64,000 bases of DNA from Gnetum montanum (lineage: Eukaryota; Plantae; Gnetophyta). Made by a program: the position numbers and the translations under genes. Positions 12,360 to 25,538 of the stretch are shown in pieces. The stretch covers positions 727,790 to 791,789 of the forward strand of contig MNCI01002041.1 of NCBI GenBank assembly GCA_015680685.1. Direction: 5' to 3'. Positions within the stretch are counted from its first letter, which is position 1. Every line of letters starts with the position of its first letter. A model generated the notes under the pieces. It saw nothing but the letters and a program-made list of their open reading frames with translations, did no database searches and was not told where the DNA came from.

Positions 12360-15300
12360 TTATTCTATCTCTTCCAAGCTTAGGTTGATTATGTTCAGTC
12401 TGTTAAATGTTAAGCTTGAGATCTTCGATAGAATGCTTGCCCAGTCTTCCTTTTAGGCCCTCAACTCTTTTTGAGAGATATCATCATCTCTCCATTCTAC
12501 ATCAAGTTCCACCTTAGGACCCCTTTGCTCTTCTTCCAATGTGGTAATTACCATACTATTTGCAAAATTTTCAAATAACTCTTCTAGCTTGGTATGTTTG
12601 ATAAATAGACTCCTTATTTCTCTATCTATGTATAAATCTTTATTTTCCTTTAACAAATTGTAGTATTTTCTTTTATACCATTTCTTATTAGTTTGATGCT
12701 TCCTTCCCCAACTCTCCCATGCTGCTATTGAGTTCCTTAGACTGGTTATCAAGCACTTCATTGCTAAGGCTAACTACTTTCTCTCCATTGATACCCTTTG
12801 GAATTCCATAGGTTTATTGTTTTCTATCCAATATGCATGGGGAGGAGGGTTGTGTCTCACCATGTTGCTACCTCATATTTCTAATTCCAATAGCTCTAGT
12901 TGGTTCAATAGCATCTTTATTTTCCATTCATGTTCTTCCTTATCTTTTCGTTCTTACTCTAATGAATTTAAGAGTATGGTGTAGGTGTTGGCATGATCTA
13001 TGGTCAACACTCCCATATATTTAGCATAATTAAGACGAGCACTCATTTTTTCAACAACTTTGTTTGCTACCACGTCTTTGTTTATTACAATATCATGAAA
13101 AGTAACATGATTCATATCTAATTTTATCTTTATTTTTGTAAGGCAAACAAGAGAACGTCAAACTCTTTGCCTCTAAAATTGAACATTATTCTATAGTAAT
13201 AATGTTTCTAACTTACCTTCTCCTAGAGATATTGGCTTCAACTTTGTCTCCATATCATCCACCAAGCCTTCCAACATCATTTTCTTGTCCTTCACACAAG
13301 CCCAAAGCTTCCTTTTCATCTCTACCAAAGAGAAGAAAATGGTTAACTCATTTTAATGTCAACATAATCGACGTACAAACTTTTGACACAACATCATTCA
13401 TACTTACCATATGATGTGGAAAGCTTAAAACTTATCACTTCCTTAACCTATTTTCAAATCTCCATGTTACTCAAAACTAGCTTGCTTGTTGGTGGAGTTA
13501 TGTTTGTTGGAGCTGGAGGAGTGATCTTGAACTCTGTCAATTCATCTCTTTCTCTATCCCTACCCTCCTATTCTTCCTAACATGTTGCATCAAGGTTTAA
13601 ATAAAAGAGGTTAGAAAAAGCCATGCTTTCTCCATTCCCTTCATTTTCCTTTGATAAAAATAAGTCATGTAAGAAATGTTTCTTCTCCTAACTCATGCCT
13701 TCCTTTTTTCCTTTGGGAATCTAAGACAAGCTAGAATGTAGTCTTTTTGCTTTTTGTTCCAACATCCTTCTATCTCAAATAGCTTTTTCAGTCAAAAATA
13801 GTGAAGTGTTGGTGTCACATCCTTCTTTTATAACATTCAAACTAGAAACTACCTCATGTCAAAGATGCTTAGTGCAAAAAAGTAGAAAAAGTTCTCAAAA
13901 ACACTTACTTTTTCATGCCTTCAATTACTCATGGAAGACTTTGACTTTTGGAGTCTTGAAGAAAATTTCCTCCTTCAAAAGAGTTTTTTTCTTTTTTCTT
14001 TTTTTTTGACAATCTTACTTTTTTCATAGTTCCATAGATGCTCTTCAAAATATGCTTCTTCTCTACTTTCTTGTTGCTACTTATTTTCTTTTGGGGTTCC
14101 TCAATGTTGTCGAAAACTAAGGACCCAACCTCTTCTCTAGTCTTTGACACTAATGTCAAAGAACCATCACCTTCAATGCTATAGGTTGATAGTAGAATTT
14201 CCAAGTGTTGACACAATGGGAACCTAAAGTCTACCTTAGAAGTATCTTCTACTTGCTTCTCTCCTCTACAAATAACTAATGTTTCAACCACCTTTATTAG
14301 CGCATAGTAAATCCAAAATTAAGTCTTTTGCTCACTATCTTCTTCTTCCATTTCTTTTCCTCTTGGAGCAACTTCTTGATCTCTTCCACTATTCCTTGAT
14401 AGGTTACTTATGCCCAGTTGGCTATCCTTTCTTGGGTCATTACCCTATACAACTACCTAGAAGCCAATTTTGACTTCTATTCTATCTTGTTACAAAATAT
14501 TTGCTCCATGAACAAAGGAAGAAAATTCTTCAAATCTTCATTGCTTCCTTTATGAACATCAATAGTGACCCTCTTCTTTGATCCAACCCACTCCTCTACA
14601 ACTACCAATTCTACTAAATCTAGCTTTGAACTATCAATCTTTATTCCCCACTTTAGAAATCCTAACCAATACCTTAATGTAGGCAAATCCCAAGTGATGA
14701 TCACTTGTTTTTGATCTACACGTACAACAAAATTTTCTTTAGCTACAAAATAGCTTTTTATTAGGCCTACGCACTCCATTACACCAGAGTAGGGATGCTT
14801 TAAACCTTTGAAATACTTAATTCCTTCTCCCTCAAAAAGACACTTTTGAATGCTTTATGTCTTGCTAGTGGATCTCACATTAAACTTCTTAATTGCTCCT
14901 GTTACATCAATGAACTTGATGTCATCAATGAACTTGATGTCATCAATGCTTATTTGAGTTTCAAGTAAGCATAAACCATCATTAGGCAATTGTATTTTCT
15001 AACATCTCATCAATAAAAAACACAAAAATTAACTAACTTCTGTTTACCCTTTGGTCCTAGGATAATCCTTAATCCCTTTGGCCACTCTATGTTTTCTCTA
15101 TGGATTTCATTTCATAATAGATGAAGTCACCCTTTATTATTGTATTCATTCCAAAACTTGTGAAATCTCAATCCCTTGTACTATGTATTAAAATGAGACA
15201 TCACCTAAGGTCTCCAATTTCAATGTGGGGAGAGATCCCACAACAAGTTCTACAAAAATGTTAAATGATCATGTTTATGCATGTCTAGATCATTGAACCT

Positions 15301-15820
15301 ACACAATAAGGCTTTAGAGTTAGTTTTTTTAGGTAATAAAAGAATAACATTTCTTAGCATTTGAACTTCTAACTCACATCTCAACAAAAATTTGAGAGCC
15401 TAGTGGGTTGAACATTGCCCTGGAAATCTAGGTTTCTAGTAGCAATACACTACGAACACTAAATTATCACTATTTTCTTCTCTCTCACAACTTATTTGAG
15501 CATTTACTATAAACCAAGATGTCCTTGCATAGCTCCTTAATGTCTAACCATAGCTTAAATATGATCTTTATGAGCTCAACAAAGAATCTAAGAAGGATTA
15601 TCTTTAAGGCCTATAGAATCACCTCTTCTCCTAGCCCAATTCAAATCACCATGTGGAAGTGAGTGATGTAAAATCTTAAAAATTCTGCAACTTCCTTCCT
15701 TTCCCATAGTGTGGGTGGCACCAGCATATTAGTGTGAAATCAAGTCTTTCTTAGGATTAGGCTAAACTTTCTTCGCTTGTTTTCTAGGATGTTTCTTTCA
15801 TCCGTAAGAAAGAAGTACAT
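12360..15820 (-). pseudogene. Large antisense accessory ORF (~1150 codons) between PR and RT of B; plant-mobile-domain-like core and C-terminal coiled coil
   Basis: ORF pieces 14477-14779, 13929-14291 and 12453-12761; conserved at protein level with 43703-45260 (CVGLIxSY...VDQKQVIITWDLxTLRYWLGF; NWA motif); family assignment is by resemblance only. Confidence 0.65.
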
Positions 15821-17559
15821 AGGCTTTATCACAAGGAGCCTAATTGAAACATAATAGTTTTTGTGTTAGAAGCATAGCCTTGCATCAAAATATTGACTCA
15901 AATTCAAAACCATGTTTTCATCATGTTGATCTCATGTTGAAACTATGTTGAGCTTTTACATGGTACATTGGATTCTAACTCATCAATTTGATGTCTTACA
16001 TCAAAAATAGAACTTTGATGCATGATGTCACTTTCATACTTAGTGTAGGTGTTTGGAAAAAGTACTTATGTTGAAAATTTTTATTTAATTCACTATGTAA
16101 TATAGCTTTCATATTCTATGTTGATGCAAGTTAACATGTAGTTCAAAATTAAAATAATATGTTTGAAAAAAAATATCTACAACTCTAACATTTTATGTCA
16201 TTTCTTTTAATGTAGGGTGTCATCTTATTTTCTACATGATGTTTACCAAAGAAATCTTATCCTTATGTTAATTCTTAATGTTTCACATCAAAAATTACTT
16301 TTGACATGCAATGTCATTTTATCCTTCCATAATACTTAGCACTTGGTAAAAGCACTCTCATGTTGAAATCTCACATCATGTTCTTTCCATGTCATGTTCT
16401 TTGTAGGGAAAATCCCAAAATCATGTTTTCTAAAGATTTTTCAAAAACAATTGTGAGTCTACCCATGAAAATGTTGATTTCACTATATTTTTACTCAAGC
16501 TATCTAATTCATTTAATATCTTTGACTTAGAATAATGCAAAATTGCAAAATGCATTGCCCTAGCTATGTCATTGCTCAACACACTATAGCAATGATGTTA
16601 AATTCGCAATTCTACTTAATTTTATCCTAAGAATCTACTACAAAATCTATATTTTGATGCATTTTGAGTCCATCAATAAGATAAACTCCAAAATCAATGC
16701 ATGCATTTAATTTCTACTTTTGCATCTAGAAAATTCCTAAAATCCTAAAAAATTAAGTTATGTAATAAGGTTTTCAATTACACAACAAAAGAAAACTAAA
16801 AGCTTTAAAATATAAACTTGTAAATTACTCTATATTACTAACCAACGTCAAATTCAAGTCTAACACTACATCTAGCTAGCAAAATCTTCCAAAATTTAAA
16901 AAATCAAGTATAGTCATCATGGCAAAAAACTACAATAATAGTAAAACTCCACAAAAATTCCTAACTAGGATTTGGATAACTTACATTTGAGCTCTAGAAT
17001 GAAGTGAGTAGGGATGAGACAATTCCTTACTATTGGTGGATCCACCTCTGGTCCCCTACTTGCAATTGCTATCACTTTTCATTTCATTTTTGAAAACTTA
17101 CTTTAGTGTTTCTTTCGGTTGTTCATGTGTCAATTCTCAAATGCACTTGATGCAAATGAAAGCTTTCATATCTAAATCTTCCTCTTGTCATCACTTTTAT
17201 AGCTTAGAAATGATGTGTGCTCTAGGAATTTTTATGTCTACTAACTGTTGATGCTTTAGCTTATCTTTTTATGTTTTCTCTTAGATGGCATATTTGACTT
17301 CTTGATTTTGGCCCAAGTGAACATGGCTACCTACCCAAAGTTTGTACATCAACCTCTGATCTTAAGTCACCCTACAAGCTAGGTACATACTCTATATGCC
17401 TCTATTCTTGACTTAATATCAAATCCAACTTATTTTATATTCTCTTTAGACATTACAAATGAGAAACTTCTACCTTAGTCATACCTCTCTTTCCTTAACC
17501 AATGGCCTCTTTTGAACAATAATCAACTAATCAAAGTTCTAGTACTAAGTCTTAAGAAT

Positions 17560-20500
17560 GAACAAAAGACTCTTGAACTTAGTACTCTCCTTTCCTAAGA
17601 CATTCGAGTGTCCATTGTAGGACCTTGTAAAAATATTTGATTTTTTTCACTTAGGGATACATCAACATGTTTGGTCTAGACCCTAAGCTACTCCAAAAAA
17701 TATCATGTTGAAAGAAGGCTCTAAGCTTATCAAGCAAAAGGTTAGGAAAAATCATCCTACTATAGCTCTCACTATTAAAGAAGAGATAACTAAACTTTAC
17801 AATGCTAGATTCATCCATCCTATCCACTACTCTAATTGGGCCTCTAACATGGTTATAATTCCCAAAACAAATGATGGCATTCGCATATTCATTGAATTTT
17901 GAAACCTTAATAAGATCACTCTTAAAGAAAACTTTCATTTATCTAACATCAATTAGTTAATCCACTCTAAAATTTTCCATGCTCTTCTATCCTTCATGGA
18001 TGGGTTTTTTGGTTGTAAACAAATCTAGATAAATTTAGAGCACTAGCAATATATCACATTCATGACTCCTCAGAGAACATTTTGTTAGACTAAAATGACC
18101 TTTGAACCAAAGAATGTTGTAGCTACCTATTAAAGAACTATAACTTTCACCTTCACTAATATAATTTTCAAAGTAGTTAATAATTATGTTGATGATTTGA
18201 ACATCAAATCTACCTTATCAACTGATCATGCTTTTGACTTAGACCAATAACTCACTATGACAAGTTTAACCTACATCTTAATCCCAATAAATGAATTTTG
18301 AGGTCCTTACAGGCAAGATGTTGGATTACCTTATTTCTCAAGATAGTATAGATGTTGACCTTGAAAAGGTCAAAGCTATTCTATATCTCTCACCTCCAAA
18401 AGATATTCAAAATATGTGTATTCTATAAGTGTTCCTTCCATTGATTCACAACTTTATTTCCAACCTTAATTATCATATTCATCCTTTAATCCATTTTCTT
18501 CGTAAATTTACTTCCTTCATTGAATATGAGGAGTTTTGAAAGGCCTTTGATTCTATTAAATAAGCCTTATCCACTCTTCCCATTCTTAACCCTTAGTAAT
18601 GTAACCAACCTTTCTACCTCTTTCTTTCCAAATTCAATCATTCCATATCTACCATGCTCTCTCAAAGGTGAGAAGATGAAGCTAATCTTCTTGTATATTA
18701 CATATCTCGTCCTTTCTCAAACTATGAGACTAGATACTCTAACATTGAAAAGTCTTACCTAAGTCTTGTCTTTGCTCTTAAAAAGTGGAGATAATATCTT
18801 CTCAATGTTAAGGTCTTTATTATCTACAAAGATAACATCCTTAAGATCATTGCTAACAACCCTTGCAACAACCATCATTTAGATCATTAGAAGACTTTCC
18901 TTATTGATTTTGATCTTTGTTCTCTGTGACAATACTCAATCAAAGGTCAAGCTATAGCTAATATCTTCTCTTCCTTTGAAACAACTAATGTTGTTCACAA
19001 CTTACACGTTGATGCTAAGGATTCATATGTTGTTCTTTATTTCAATGGAGAACATACACCCTTCAAATCTAGTGCTACATGTGCCCTTATCCTTTTCACT
19101 AAGAAAGTTCTCTATCAAGCTTACAAGCTTGATTTCCCTTGCACTAACATTGTAGCTAAATACAAGTTCTCTTACTAGCTTTACAAAATCAAGTCAAAAC
19201 TAATACTATTTATGGTAACTCTCAGCTCATTATAAGTTAATGATGACTACAATTACAAGGCTTCTCACTTAATTTCTTACATACAAATGGGTACTAAATT
19301 TATCTTTTCTTTCTTTTCTCATACTTTGAACGACACCCTACATTCCAAAAACATGCTAGTTAATGCATTAGCAACTTTTGTCATCAATGGTGATTCTTTT
19401 ACTATGCAAGATCAACTTGTGTAATTAGGTTTCTTAACACATGTCACGTAATCTCCCAATCAATACAAAATATAATAATCAATAATATGTTGATCTTCTT
19501 CACTATCTTACAACTGGGGAAACTCCTAGTCATCTTAGATTTTCTCAAAAGGACGCTTTGCGCAAACATAGCTAAAATTTATGATTAGTGAATTCTGATA
19601 TTATTTTTTGAGTTTCTTCTGTAAGTATTCTTCTACATTGTCTTAGTCCTACAGAGACTAAGATAGTCCTCAATTAGGTTCACTCAAAAGTTTGTGGTAG
19701 ATACTCAGGTTCACGCTTCCTAGCTACTCACATCATTTCTTTAGGCCATTGGTCATCAAACTCTGCCAAAGATTCCTATCACCTAGTCAAGACATGCGAT
19801 ACTTGTTAATGACATGGCTCTCTTATTTACATACCTTCATAAGAGCTCAACATGAATTAAATCACATGGCCCTTTTAAAAATTGGGTCTTATTAGTACTA
19901 TTAGCCCTCCTTCATTTGTTGGACATCAACTTATCCTTACTACTACAAAATACTTCACTAAGTGTATATAAGGTGTTTCTTTATATCCCACCAAGTCCCA
20001 CATCATCTATCATTTCATCCTTGAGCATATCATAACCCACTTTTTTGTGCCTCTCCAAATTGTAACTAACAATGGACCTCAGCTCAAAGTAACGTGGTAA
20101 CTAATTTCTATTTAATGTATCATATCATTCAATCTTTTCTATCATCCTACTACCCTCAATCTAACAGTCAAGCTAAGTCCACCAATAAAGCTCTTATCCA
20201 CTTTCTTCATACCATGGTTAATAAAACCTAATGTAGTTTGTACACATAGTTATCCTATGTCCTTTGGGTCTATCGTATGACTTTATATACAACTATTGTT
20301 CATACTCCTTATTTTTTTACCTATGGTTCTATGGTAATCTTACCAATTAAGATCCATATCCCATCTTTCCATATTTCTTTATATGATTCATGTTCAAATC
20401 ATAACAATAGTATGCAATGCATTGAGTCGGATCTTCTTAAAGAACATCGGCAAGTTGCTCTTCAACATCTACATGAATATTAACTTGATATTCAATGTTA

Positions 20501-20715
20501 TTACTCCAAACACATTTGATTTAGAGAGATTCACAAAGGTAATCTAGTTCTTTGCCATTTTCTAAACTACAGAGATAAAAAGTCCTCTCCCAATGGGCAA
20601 GGTCTTTTCTTGGTGGTTTAGTCTCTACAAAATGGCACCATATTTTTTTTAATCTGGAAGGATACCAATTTCTATATTTTATTAACATGAGCTATCTCAA
20701 GTACTACTACACATA
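17560..20715 (+). pseudogene. B pol: RT, RNase H, additional archaeal-type RNase H, integrase
   Basis: EEITKLYNARFIHPIHYSNWASNMVIIPK; NYVDDL near 18182; LYFNG...FPCTNIVAKY (aRH) 19030-19170; HHCC remnants; SYYPQSNSQAKSTNK; TPYFFTYG; GPF-type remnant near 20600. Confidence 0.85.
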
Positions 20716-21104
20716 GCTAAGCTGCAATATTAAACCTACTAACTATTTGAGGCCAAATGAGTGTTCTCCTAGCGGTAGTTTGCTATTATTATCTTTATCT
20801 ACTATGACAGGATACATACTATGTCATGATAATAGGTTTTCTCTAAACCCTATTTTTCTTGTACTATTTTTCATCTATGCCCCCTCTCTATCTCATATTG
20901 TGTTGTTTTTCTAGCTCTATTCTTCATATTCCCCTATGTTATCTATCTAGTTCTACTCTATGTGCTTAGCATAACCAATAAGTTTTCTAAGTGACTAAAT
21001 ATCTCATTACTTCATGTGAGGGTGTGACTAATTGTATTATTGAGTGAGATAGGAAGGTGTTACTTCAAATATATATATATATTGCATCCTTTTTGGCCAT
21101 ATAG

Positions 21105-21700
21105 TATGTAGGATTTAGCCATGTCCCACTTCTATGACATAGCATTATTCTCATGAAAAGTGTATGGATGATATTCTTTTTTCTTCCTCTACTTTTTTGC
21201 TCCTTGCTTTCTCATACTCTAAACTTCTACTAACATGTACTATATTTCTCTTTTATTTCTCTCATCCCCTTTCCTCATTTATATTCATTCCTCTCTATAT
21301 TTAGCCCTAGTGATGCCAAATGAATGTTTCTATGAGTAATGAGTAATATAAAGAGTGTAAAATCTATATATGAATGAGGTAAGGGAGAGGTCAACTTTAG
21401 GAATCTAGTCATGTCCCACTTCTATAATACAACAACCCACCATTGGTGTATTTTTGATGTCCCTAACATTCCTTCCCTACTTTTTATTATTATCTCTTTT
21501 TTACTTTTTAATATCTCCCTTTCTTTCTCTCTCCCTTTCTCTTCTTATGTTCTACATTAATGAGATCAAACAAGTGTCTCTACTCTACTCCACAAAGGGT
21601 GTGATTAAGAGAATTAAGTGGGTAAGGGAGTGTTTTATCTATACATCTATGTGTGTTTTTTTGGATCTAGCCACATCCCACTTCTGTGGCATAGCACTTC
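21105..21700 (+). repeat. Three spaced copies of a ~35-bp motif in the B 3' UTR
   Basis: GGATYTAGYCAYRTCCCACTTCTRT at ~21111, ~21400 and ~21663. Confidence 0.75.
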
Positions 21701-21843
21701 ATCATAGGTGTATCGAAGATTTTCTAGATTTTCTTTCCTATTATCTCGCTTCATCTAATCTTCTTACAAGTACCTAAAAGCTTGTGTCTTTTCTTGAATG
21801 ATTTTTCTTTAGCTCTTCAATAGTATTCATCAAGAATGGGTAA

Positions 21844-22510
21844 TGTTGTACTCACTTTGGTTTTTTCTGCATAAGTAAGAGACCTAGGTACATTCTATGG
21901 ATGTTTAGGATTTAAGGCCATCTTTAGCAATCTAGATTTAATGTCATGTTTCATTAGAAGCATAGTTTCTAGATTTCTATATTTAGCTTATCATAAATGA
22001 TTTTTCATGTCATCAGTAGTATCATTTTGGCTCTTCTTTCAATTTTAACATCCAACATCAACACTAACGTCAACTCCATCTCTAACTTTTAATGTCCAAC
22101 ATTAGATCTACTTTAAATGTCAGGTGTCAGATTTTATCTTTTTTAGCATGTTAACTCTTTGACGTCCAGCATCAATTATTCATTCAATATCTAACATCAG
22201 CTTTTGATTCTACATGTCATTTCTCTTATCCAAAAGCTTCTAGTATTTTGTAGAAGATTATGTGGATTCCAATACATTATTTCTACAAAATCTACAAGGC
22301 ATTTTTCAACTTATAAATAGGAGGATACCCCTAAACGAAAAAGTGTTGTTTGGCATTTATTACTATCTATCATCTTTGCTTCATTAAGCTCTTGGAAATT
22401 TGCTCAACATCCCTAGCTATCTTTGCTACTCAACGCAATTAATATTCTTTAAGATTGATGATTTGGAAATCTCTCTCCAAAGACACTACCTTTTTGTAAA
22501 ATAACTATCA

Positions 22511-22557
<47 letters not shown>

Positions 22558-23254
22558 TTCCCTACTGATGCATTATATCCCTGTCATGTTGCCCTCCTAA
22601 CACATGGAGAAAATTGTTTAAAATCATGTCAACACATAGATTTAATTTTTCCCTTTGCTTCATTAGCTACTAAATATACTATTGTTCCTAATAGATCTAC
22701 ATCATGAGCATGAATTAGAGAAAGAATGGGATAACACAACTTCTCACAAGAAAACTCTAATCCTTAGTACATGTCCTAGAACATCTTTTTGTTGATTCAT
22801 GATTCTCTTTTTTTTGTTGTAATCTAGAATTTTTACTTTAGGCTTTCTATCTCTTGAATGATCTAGATTTGCTACAAATCTAGTTTTTGTTATCTTGGCT
22901 TTTCCCTTTAGGTTTAAAGATTTAATGGATTTGATTTGTCCCACTTTAAATATTGTTGTCAATTTTTCTCATCTATCAATTACTAGCTAACTTTCACTCT
23001 GTATAGATCTTCATACAATATCTATCCATTTCTTATTTGGCTATTCTATGCATGTGTTTCATTTTCTACTTTCAATTTTCTAACATTTGAAAAAAAACAT
23101 TTGGCTCATATTATCATATTTTTCTCATAATCTGAAAGTCTCCTTTTGATTTTAGGAAAATTATTTGAAAGATTGATTTTCCTACACCATCAAGTGGTCA
23201 TAATATTACGTGGCTCAATTTCGTGTTAGGTTGTATTGGATTCATATTGTAATA
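21844..23254 (+). repeat. 3' LTR of B, with (CT)~20 at 22515-22555
   Basis: Starts TGTTGTAC right after the PPT; direct repeat of 7949-9339. Confidence 0.8.
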
Positions 23255-25538
23255 AGATTAGCAAGCTCCATGTAGTATATTAATTCCTCTATCCATAGGT
23301 CCTAGGTTTTAATCTCTATCTTGTGGATTATCATAAGACCATCAATAATCCTTTCTTAGGTAACATTAACTTTCTATTGCAAAGTAGCATTAATGTGAGC
23401 CTTCAATGCCATAATCTTCTTCTCATTAATTTCCTTTTATAAGTCCACCTATTCTTTGTAATGTTGCTTAAACATATCTTGGTGGCCTCATTCTTCCAAA
23501 TCTCAATTTCAATTGTGGGACTCTATTGTAATGCATGAACTTCTATGATGGATAGTTTTCTATTTTCTCGTGATAATATTTTGATATTTGCATTTACCTT
23601 TACAAAATATTTGCAAAGATGGTTCAACTAATTTTTCAAAATATTTTTTTCTTAGCTAGTTGAGCCAACCTTTGGTATTTTATTGTTAACCCCTTATTTT
23701 CTTCCTCCAACATGGGGATATTCTTTTACATGAGATAAGCCTTAATAGTAGTAGCTAAAGCATTCCTTATGGCCTTCCTTCATTCAATCTCCAATTATTA
23801 TTTCTTGGTGATTAAACATTGGATTTCCTTAGTTCTGAAGTCACCAAGTAACTCTCATGCTACAAACTATGCTTAATCTTATAATTAAGCATGTATTTGG
23901 ACCACCTCATCTTGCAACTATTGGATTTTTAACTCTACATGTTGTAGTTAAGTCTCAATAAGCACCAACTTTCCCTTGGTTGTAATTAATTTGGAGTCAA
24001 CTATCATGACATTTTTAGAAAATTTGAATTATCTTGAAGATTCTAATCTATTTGGAGCAAGTGATCCAAGGTATCCTTGTACTTTGATACAGTCATTGAT
24101 CTACCAACTTTCCAAATACTTTTGGGTTCTTAAACATCCTAGGCACTATTAAATCAAGAATGGGGGCTAGAAGAACATGCAAGACAACATTTACTTACTC
24201 TACAACATCCTTAGCAATATTTTCTTGGCCTTCATGTGGCATGATCAAGATCGTGGCACCATTACCATATGTAAGAGTTATATGAAATATAGTTGCATTC
24301 CCAAAAATTTGTAGGTACTAGTCATCCCTTATGGGTTGCATAGAAATCCTTCCAGATGCTAAGTCCTTGGATATTTTGGGTTCATTGAAGGATACACCTA
24401 AGCATTGTCAAAAGTCTCATATATTCTAGGTTATAGCTTGTAACATCTCTTATAAGTGATTCATTGTTGGATGATAAACATCGGGATCTATTGCAGTGAT
24501 ATGGCTTCTTGGTCATATAGCTCCTATTTATATTGTAGGTATATGTTGTGGAACTTTGGTGTTGGCACATTATTCCACCTAATCTTTTTTGCCTAGTACG
24601 GGTTTGATCATCTCTACATATGATGCATTTGAAGCCCTCCTAATCACATTATTTGTGTAGCCCAATATTCTGACTTGCCTACAAAGTTTCCTAATTAGGC
24701 ATAGAAATGGAAGCATGAATCTACCAATTTTCTTCTCCCCTAATCTTCTTTGGATTTCTAAGAAAAGTAGATAAGTCATGTTAGCTAGGTATTTCCCACT
24801 CAATATAGCACATCCCCTAGCTGCATAGGTTGAAATTCTATTTAAGTGCTTAGTAGAGTAGATGTGATAAGTTCCTATCTTGAAATAGATTTTCTTTGTT
24901 TTTGTCATGGAATCATATTATTTGTTCTTATCCCCATAGGCTCTCTTCAACCATAGGATCAAAGTATTGGAGTCAAATCCATTGAAGATTAGAACAATTT
25001 CTCTGTCCACAAAAGGTAATTCTTAAACTATGGTGATGGCCTCCATAGCATAAGACACTATGATTCCCTCAATTTTAACTATGACATCTTCTTGCTTGTT
25101 ATGCTAGAATTGGCACATATTTCATAGATATCAATCTTCATTGACTAAAAGAGTTATCCATCATGGAAAATCTTGTAGCTGATCTTGTATCTTTTGTGAT
25201 GTAAACTCAAGCAATGATCCTAAGTTAAGTTCCATAATCATCCCAACCCTAAGAGACATATTGCTTATGGCCTTAACACACACATTAGAAAGTGTGATCT
25301 ATCTACTTGCCACTAATGTAGGTGGTGCTAAGGCTTCTACTTGTGTAGAATACTATGATTTCTAACCTTGTAGTGTGGGTTAGTCAACTTCTTACTCTCT
25401 CTATAGTTCCTCTATGTAGAATTATTGTAATTACTCTTGTCCTTGCCATCATTCTTTACCTTTGCCACACTCTTCTTATGGCCTCTTCTCTCTGGGCTAT
25501 GAGGGTTTTCTTACTTTAGGAATGCAATTTGGTATCAT
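23255..25538 (-). pseudogene. H accessory ORF, N-terminal and middle part
   Basis: RISTYAARGCAILSGK...LPFLCLIRKLCRQVRILGYTN matches the C and D accessory ORFs. Confidence 0.85.

Larger units (their letters stand above)
7949..23254 (+). mobile_element. Element B: full-length decayed Tat/Ogre-like Ty3/Gypsy element (~15.3 kb)
   Basis: Two ~1.4-kb LTRs; gag-PR; RT-RH-aRH-INT; PPT AAGAATGGG at 21832; imperfect TSD AAATT (7944) / AGATT (23255); removing B rejoins the H accessory ORF (ELAN|FKY). Confidence 0.85.
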
